64,000 nucleotides of DNA from Hormiphora californensis. Its lineage: Eukaryota > Animalia > Ctenophora. The stretch covers positions 2,232,001 to 2,296,000 of the forward strand of contig CM035353.1 in assembly GCA_020137815.1 (NCBI GenBank), written 5' to 3'. The first letter of the stretch is position 1. Each line of letters begins with the position of its first letter. Positions 56,691 to 64,000 of this stretch are shown here, piece after piece. The position numbers were made by a program, and so were the translations under genes. The notes beneath the pieces were generated by a model. It was not told where the DNA came from and did not search any database. It saw nothing but the letters and a program-made list of their open reading frames with translations.

Positions 56691-58950
56691 ATGACAGTAG
56701 CCGGTTGTTGATATAGAATCGCTCTAAGAACTGTGTGAGGTGGCCGATAGCCGTAGCATAGGTTTTCATATCAGTCAGTACAGCTTTATCAGTATTATCC
56801 ATCCCATCGTGACCTGGTGGATGTTGATTGTTAATAAACAATAATCCGGGGTCAGTGGAAGTTGGTTTAATAATACGGGGTATTTCATAATACCACCTCC
56901 CGATCGCCAATTAGGAGAAGGCTGGGAAGGTGGCTATCGTGTGCTGGTCATTTAGGTTCGAGCAACTTGGCCGACAATATCCCAGAGATTACTACCCAAA
57001 TTCTCACCTAAAGCCCGTAGGATGTCCCAGAGATATGATCTCTACCCAAATTCTCACCTAAAGCCCGTAGGATGTCCTCCCGATAGGGAATAGTTTTAGC
57101 AGCCACATTGTACATACTCCTAGACATCATATTGTGGTGACTCTTCAAACTTCTCTCATACGACTCCAAAAACCTGCAGGTGGAAATTATTAGATAGGCC
57201 AACAAATAAAAATCATGGGCCCTAGATTTACCGGGATGCTTGGTAAATATCGGAGTGAAATATATTGAATTCCCTCCATATCTCTTGGGGGGTCAATTGC
57301 AGTTATTGGTTATGAAATTACCCCTCCGCGCAATAATAAGTAGGTGTAACTTCGTAACCAACTGCAGTCCCAGTACCCCCCCCAGTACTTCTCGGGCCGT
57401 CAACTACCCAGTAGGAACCGACCGAAACAAGTAAACAGCCAATCAGAACTCGTTATTAAGGTCACGTGACTGGTTATCAGCCAATCAGAGACCAGTACTT
57501 CTCGGGCCGTCAACTACCCAGTACTTACAATGGTGACATATCCGACTGGTTGGTAGCACTTGCCACTGCCAACAATAACTCCTTGATAAAGTTCAGTTCC
57601 CTGTAAAGCCACAATAGGGCAGTACAGGAAGAGTGTTTGGCTAGTGTCGTACCTGTACCTGCAACAAAGAATTGATTGTTTGGGCAACAGTTACATCGGG
57701 CGGCGGGCCTCGCAATAGTTTCATTTTGAACCTTGATGCGAACAATTGGGAGGGGTTGACATATTGCAATAACCGGGCAATAACAGCACGCAGTGTATTT
57801 ATCGAATCTACTTCAACCCCTTCAAAAACGTTTCCTATTACTCGTACCTATCTCGAGATGAACCATCGATTGAAGGGTATCCGACTTGCTGGGATGAAGG
57901 TTTAGCTTTGTTTTTAGTTTCTGGATGTTGTTGGACATGTCCATAGAGAGGGGTAGGACCGCGTTACCACCGATCGTTAAGAGCAATTTTGGGACAGGTA
58001 CACACGCATCTGTCGGGGGAGGGGGTTGCATTGGTAATTAGTAAGGGGGCAAATGTAGGGACCATCTAGGTTGAGGGGGTTTAAATGGGAAGTAGGGGTT
58101 GTGTTCAAAATGTTGTGACAAAACATTGTACAATCAATGCAGCACCTTACCTAAAAAAGCTACTGATGGAATGGCATCAGCTCTCAGGTACAAATCCTCA
58201 AACCTATCCGCTATACCCGTAAAATATGTACACGGCAACTTTTCAGCGCGTTTACTTCCCAAAACCTGGGGTGTGCTAATGTCTGTTGTACTGATGTCTG
58301 TTGATCCGTTGGGGAACAGGAAGGTGTCTGTGTCGTTGGAACAGTTTCCCGAGGGAGGGTTGTAGGAGCCAAGAGAGAGGGCCGGAATATTATCTTCTCC
58401 ACTTATATTGTGGGAGAAACATCTGCGTATAAGGGGTGTTGAGGTGTCCTGATGATCGTCACCAGTTACATTTTGTGTACACGCATCAAGTGTTTTACTA
58501 AATTCCTCACATAGCTCATTTATCATGGTCCTACAGAGTTTCATTTGTTCAGCATCAGGTTCACTCTTGTTACACAGTGTGGTCAACTAAAGGGAGGGTA
58601 GCACAGCGTTAACTCAGCAGAAAGAAACTATACAAAGAGAAACCACCTCACTTTCTCGCATATAGAAAAATCTCCCTTGACCCCCTCTCTCACACATACC
58701 TCATCTACTTTATCAGATAACAAAGCCCGAATTGTCCTCAGTTCACTCTTGTGTTCGTTGAAACTGGATAGCGTGACAGTGGTAATATCAGGCATCTCCT
58801 CGCTGATATTTGCCTTTGTGCTACCAAGGTGGATAATCCACTTTTGACGGCCCGGTTTGCTGTTCGCACGGAGGTATATCCGTTGTGTGCTGGTGAGAAT
58901 GTCAAACCTATCAGGGGATATCTCATTAGAGAGAGAGAGAGGTGGGGAGT

Positions 58951-59004
<54 letters not shown>

Positions 59005-59035
59005 GGGGGGGGGAGAGAGGGAGAGAGATAGAGAG

Positions 59036-59101
<66 letters not shown>

Positions 59102-59245
59102 CCAGTGGGGTGCTCTAACCTCAAAACATCAACAGGGTGGACAAGTATGTTACAGGCCTCTAGTTTGAAACTGCCCCTGCACCCTGTATCAGTCGTATTA
59201 GCGTCCTTGTAATATGTCAATGTACCATCCTTCAGAATAAACCAC
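56689..59245 (-). CDS. PLEKHA8: PH plus glycolipid-transfer (GLTP) domain protein FAPP2; first exon not found in window
   Basis: PH: RWFILKDGTLTYYK..GCRGS, YLRA..RQKWIIHLGSTKA; GLTP: DMSNNIQKL, ALLWLYR.L.F, YERSLKSHHN...IPYREDILRAL. Confidence 0.85.
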
Positions 59246-59580
59246 CTGCGGGGGGGGGGGGGGGGTCAGAAAATAGATAGACTATAGAGTGGGTTAAAGG
59301 GAAGGGGATCAGAAAACAGAGAGAGAGAGAGATAGAGGGGGAGAGAGAGTGGGAGAGAGAGAGAGAGAGAGAGAGTGGGTAAGGAGGAGTGTGATAGAGA
59401 AAGAGATATCGCGGAATAGGAGAGGTGTGAGAAAAGAGGGATGATGAACAATGAAGACTGTCAGCCCAGATGTCGGAGACGACAGATTAACAGAGAATAG
59501 AGACGTTAGGCAATAAATTTCACGCCTCTAATTCTTGTATAAATATATTCCCCCGCCCCACTACTTCTTCACACCTCAAC

Positions 59581-61277
59581 ATGACTCGTATCCAACTTTG
59601 CCTGCTATCAGTTATTTTGGTCGCGGCGGGCACGCACAGCCCGGATGTGGTGGCTGAGAGACACAAGACTATGGGAGAAATAGAGAGAAACAGGACTCTT
59701 GGAGCGGGGAGTGGTACCTTAGGAGCGGGGACATGTACCGGGGAGATCGATGGCGACTGGGTACTTGCCGCTACAAAATGGGACTTGGACTCGGCTGAGA
59801 TTTTGGAGGAATCAACAGTCGCCATCAAAAGTGCTAAAGTCAATAATATGGACCAGACATCCTTTGCGTATCAACTGGAAGGCCCTGTAACGTTCTCGAC
59901 TGACATAAATCTTGACTTGTATGTTTTTGCTTTTTGATAAGTTTACGATTTATAGGAAGCCGGAGGGACCGGGTGGAAGTTCAAATGATTTTTTGCCAGC
60001 TTTACCACTCCTCTTTTACAGGCCGAAAGACTATTTTTCTGTCGGACCTGCCAGGATTCCCACTGTTACTCTCGGAGCAGGTTTTAGAAATGTGGCTCGG
60101 GGTAAAGCGGCATACCAATCTTCTACCGCATACCCTCATGCTACAGCTGCAAAAGCGGTCGATGGAAATCGTGATGGGGTCAGTGATAAAAACGTTTCAC
60201 GTGACACGTCCAACCACGAAAATAACACCAATAACATTTCTGAAAAGTTACAGAACTGTTGTAATTTCAAACTATTTTCTCTCCAGGATTACGACCATGG
60301 ATCAGTCACACATACGGGTACTGCACCAAATAACTACTGGGCCGTTTCACTGGGGACGATGTACGCTATCGAATGTGAGTGTTATATGCAATTAACAAGA
60401 TTTAATCTTGATGAAGTGACTATTCTCAAGTTAACCAATAACCACTTTTCATTCCAGTTAACCATTACATCCCCTTCCTAGATATCAGAATTTACAACAG
60501 AATCGATTGCTGCCAAAGCCGGCTTTCAGGGGCTAAGATACTGATTGATGACATAGACACTGGCATTGTTCTTTACCCTGTGAACGTACAAACCATCCAC
60601 ATTGGAAAGATGGGAAAGTGAGTTCTAGGGGAACCGAGTTCTAACAGTTGTAACATAAAATAGCCACGAACTAGATCTGATAACATGACTTTCAAAGTAA
60701 GGACTGCGAATCGGACCCGAAAATTATTGAGCAATAAAACTTCCAAACAGGGTCGTTAAAATTCTCCAGCCGATGAATACTGCCCTCTCACTGGCCGAAG
60801 TTGAGGTGTATGCCACAAGCCCTTTCCTCTCGACAACTCCTAGTTTTGATAGCCATGGTTTTCTACAAGTTGATGTGACCAAGAAACGGCAAGTCAGCTT
60901 TGGTCAAAACAAAATTGGCGGTACGTTACTTTAAAAGGTTGTTGGGGGCAAAGCCAGATAATTATACACTTGTTTTTTTTCAGCGGGCGGTATGAGGGTT
61001 AAGTGCGATTTTGATATCCCGCCGAAAACGAAAGCTGACCTTTCCATTACTCAAACAACACGTAAGACTATAAACCCGATAACGATCTATTAAAAAACTA
61101 ACAATTAATATCTTTGATTACAATCTTCCTAATCTAGGTTCGGTAAAGTTGCAGCTTTGGCAGTATTGGGTAAACCCTCTTGAGAAAAAGTGCTATAAAG
61201 ATCTCAAAACAACAGCTACTTTAAAAGTTAAAGAGGGACACGAATGTAAAATGACTGAAACTACGATGGAGGAATAA
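59581..61277 (+). CDS. Secreted F-type lectin (fucolectin) domain protein, 7 exons
   Basis: Signal peptide; NVARGKAAYQSST..AAKAVDGN; spliced motif H-X26-R-I-D-CCQS-R; LSLAEVEVY; stop at 61275-61277. Confidence 0.88.
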
Positions 61278-61707
61278 ATTGATGATTTTCGGTATTTTAA
61301 TATTACTTAAGAAAACTGTAACAGTTCATGTATACTGTATCAATAAAAATAAAAATACGGCTTGGTGACGCTCCTTTCATTCTTCTTGATTTCCATCCTA
61401 TTCGTTATGGAGGGTGCTAACTGCTAATTCTATAGACAAAGGGGTGCCATAAGGGCCCTCATCACTCCTGGAGTCCCGGCTCGAGGGGTGTGAGTCACAC
61501 AACAAAAGATCACAAAATTACAGTGTCACTGCAACCAGACGTTCTAACCAATCTTACAATCTGGCCTCTAAATATACTACTAGTAGTGTTTTCATTGCTG
61601 GTGACGAATAGTTACCAGACAGTAGACATTCTAAATATTGTTACTGACAGTCCGGCCTTTATAACCCACTTCTCAGTTCTCATTCGCCCTCTCTCGTTCT
61701 TTTTGTC

Positions 61708-62942
61708 ATGATTCGAATTGGATCCCTAATTGCACTTCTTCTCATATCGGCATTTGGCGAAACTGATGTTCCGAGTACCGAGTACAAGGCTTCAGTAGGT
61801 GATGGCAACTTGGACAGCTCTGGATGCGGCGATATCAATGATCAATGGGTACTTGCAGCTACCAAATACGACTTGTTCTCTGCCGACATCTTGAATGAAA
61901 CAACAGTTTCGGTCCAGAACGATACAGTCAATAACAGTAATGACCAGAATCCCTATTCGTATCGCATAACTGGGGTTGTCAAGACTTTTTCAAAGGTGGA
62001 TTTTGAACGGTAAGAGCTGAGGGCGTCATTTGTTCATTACTGGTGTATTTTGAACTAATTAACTTTTCCATTTTTCATTAGGCCATCTGATATACCGGAA
62101 CCTAAAAACTTGGCACGGGGACAAAGGGCGGTTCAAACTTCAACTGACCTCGGAGGATATGCGTTTAAAGCAGTCGATGGAAATAGGAACGGAGTAAGTC
62201 CCGAACACCATTCAATTACTACGCCCTAAATATAAAATAAACCCCTATTTTAACTTAATTAACAGAATTGGTTTTATGGATCGGTGACACACACAAAAAC
62301 CGCTAAAGGGCAGTACTGGCTGACCGATCTTGGAAAAACACATTACATAGACCGTTAGTACATAATATATATATCTAACTGTATTCTGTTATATCATATC
62401 TAAATCAGCAGTTCTGAGAATCGACAACAATCATATCTCTTGCCTAGCTCGACTGGGTTTTGCGTGCACCACAAATGTAAAGGAGGGTTAGAACACATTA
62501 ATCATATCTCCAGATATCACGGTCTACAACAGAATAGATTGTTGCCAAACTCGGCTTGCTGGAGCTATGTTGCTGATAGACGAGAACTACACCGGTTTTG
62601 TCTTTTCTTCTGATAACATCCAGACTTTCCACTTTGGAAAGAGGGGAAGGTAAGGCAGATAATTGTTAAATCAAGATTTTTGTAGCTTACACTTCATTTT
62701 ATGTCATTTTGTGAGGGTAAAGGGTTCGATAGATCAAAAAAAGATCTCAATCGTGTCATACCCACTCAGGTATCTAAGAATTCTCCAGCGAAGAAACGAA
62801 CCATTGTCGTTAGCAGAGTTTGAGGTATATGGTTCAGATGTCACATTTCTCTCAACAGTTCCATATTTTGATCGCTTTGGATTTCTTCATGTTGATGTAA
62901 CGAAGAAACAAACGCTTAACTTTGGACACAACCTAATCTATG
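61708..62942 (+). CDS. Second tandem F-type lectin domain protein (3' exons beyond window)
   Basis: Same exon structure; NLARGQRAVQTST..KAVDGN, H-X26-R-I-D-CCQT-R, LSLAEFEVY. Confidence 0.85.
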
Positions 62943-62954
62943 GTAAGTGGGCCT

Positions 62955-63961
62955 GTAGTAGGGACGAATCTTAATTTTTTGACTCACTATTTGGTGGAAA
63001 GCAAATTCCGGTGGTAACCCACCTATTTTGACCCGCTGAACACGATCCCGTTCATAGGCAAGCTCGCAAAAGTGGAGAAAATGCCCAAATCGGCCACGCC
63101 CTTTTACCTGTATTTTCAGCCTGTAGCCAAAAACATAAATCCTCTTAGAATAGGAGTAGAGACAAATCTGAGGGCACTAAAGTGATCAGCGCCCTCGCAT
63201 TAGTGGGGGTAGGTGCTGGAATTAAGTCTCTATCTCATCTGGTTAATTAGATAATTGGATAATTAGGTTTGCACATAACCGTTTTTTGGCTATATGGCTA
63301 TAGCCACTTAGGAATGGTTTAGAGACTTTTCACTGGCGCCAGTTTGTAGGCAATGGCCAAGTTATGGGGGGTCGACGTCGGACTTTTAAGCTCTATCTCC
63401 AACCGTTTAGCCGTTATTGGGCTAAATCGATGCTCAAAATGAGCGAAAAAACGGTAAAAAGCCCGATTTTGAGCATCGTTTAGGCGCAATAACGGCTAAA
63501 CGGTTGGAGATAGAGCTTAAAAGTCCGACGTCGACCCCCCATAACTTGGCTATTGCCTACAAAATGGCGCCATTGAAAAGTCTCTAAACCATTCCTAAGT
63601 GGCTATAGCCATATAGCCAAAAAACGGTTATGCGCAAACCTAATTATCCAATTATCTAATTAACCAGATGAGATAGAGACTTAATTCCAGCACCTACCCC
63701 CACTAATGCGACGGCGCTGATCACTTTAGTGCCCTCAGATTTGTCTCTACTCCTATTCAAAGAGGATTTATGTTTTTGGCTACAGGCTGAAAATACAGGT
63801 AAAAGGGCGTGGCCGATTTGGACATTTTCTCCACTTTTGCGAGCTTGCCTATGAACGGGATCGTGTTCAGCGGGTCAAAATAGGTGGGTTACAACCGGAA
63901 TTTGCTTTCCACCAAATAGTGAGTCAGCCACTTCTTTTTATAAGAGATTCGTCCCTACTAC
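62955..63961. mobile_element. About 1-kb near-perfect palindrome (foldback element) in a lectin intron
   Basis: 62981-63455 is the reverse complement of about 63462-63926; family shared with about 7150-7900. Confidence 0.88.
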
Positions 63962-64000
63962 TGGGTGGTAGGTCCGAATTGCCTGGCTGGACTGTGTTTC

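Overview
Eukaryotic (animal) genomic DNA: intron-rich genes, GT-AG splicing, microsatellites and very dense DNA-transposon/MITE/foldback content. A ctenophore such as Pleurobrachia is my unverified guess, from recollection of the 109-bp repeat. Recognisable genes: a multi-Sushi/CCP gene whose 3' part is tandemly duplicated; SPT16 (minus, about 16 kb); an intronless class-A-like GPCR and two orphan NPC1 sterol-sensing-domain exons inside one SPT16 intron; a head-to-head pair of intronless SVOP-like MFS transporters with gene-conversion tracts; SVBP; RPS2 and RPL29 about 200 bp apart; PLEKHA8/FAPP2; and two tandem secreted F-type lectin genes that probably lie in a FAPP2 intron. Main unusual signals: (1) tandem arrays repeatedly seeded exactly on exon/intron boundaries, giving stacks of decoy splice sites; (2) Helitrons shown by filled versus empty sites, next to an apparently captured NPC1 plus GPCR genomic fragment; (3) a candidate SL-trans-spliced RPL29-RPS2 operon; (4) many 0.25-2 kb palindromes. 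Most ORFs in the supplied track are repeat artefacts, and about 43.1-45.65 kb and 47.7-49.5 kb look like low-quality sequence. Exon coordinates were read by eye and may be off by a few bases.
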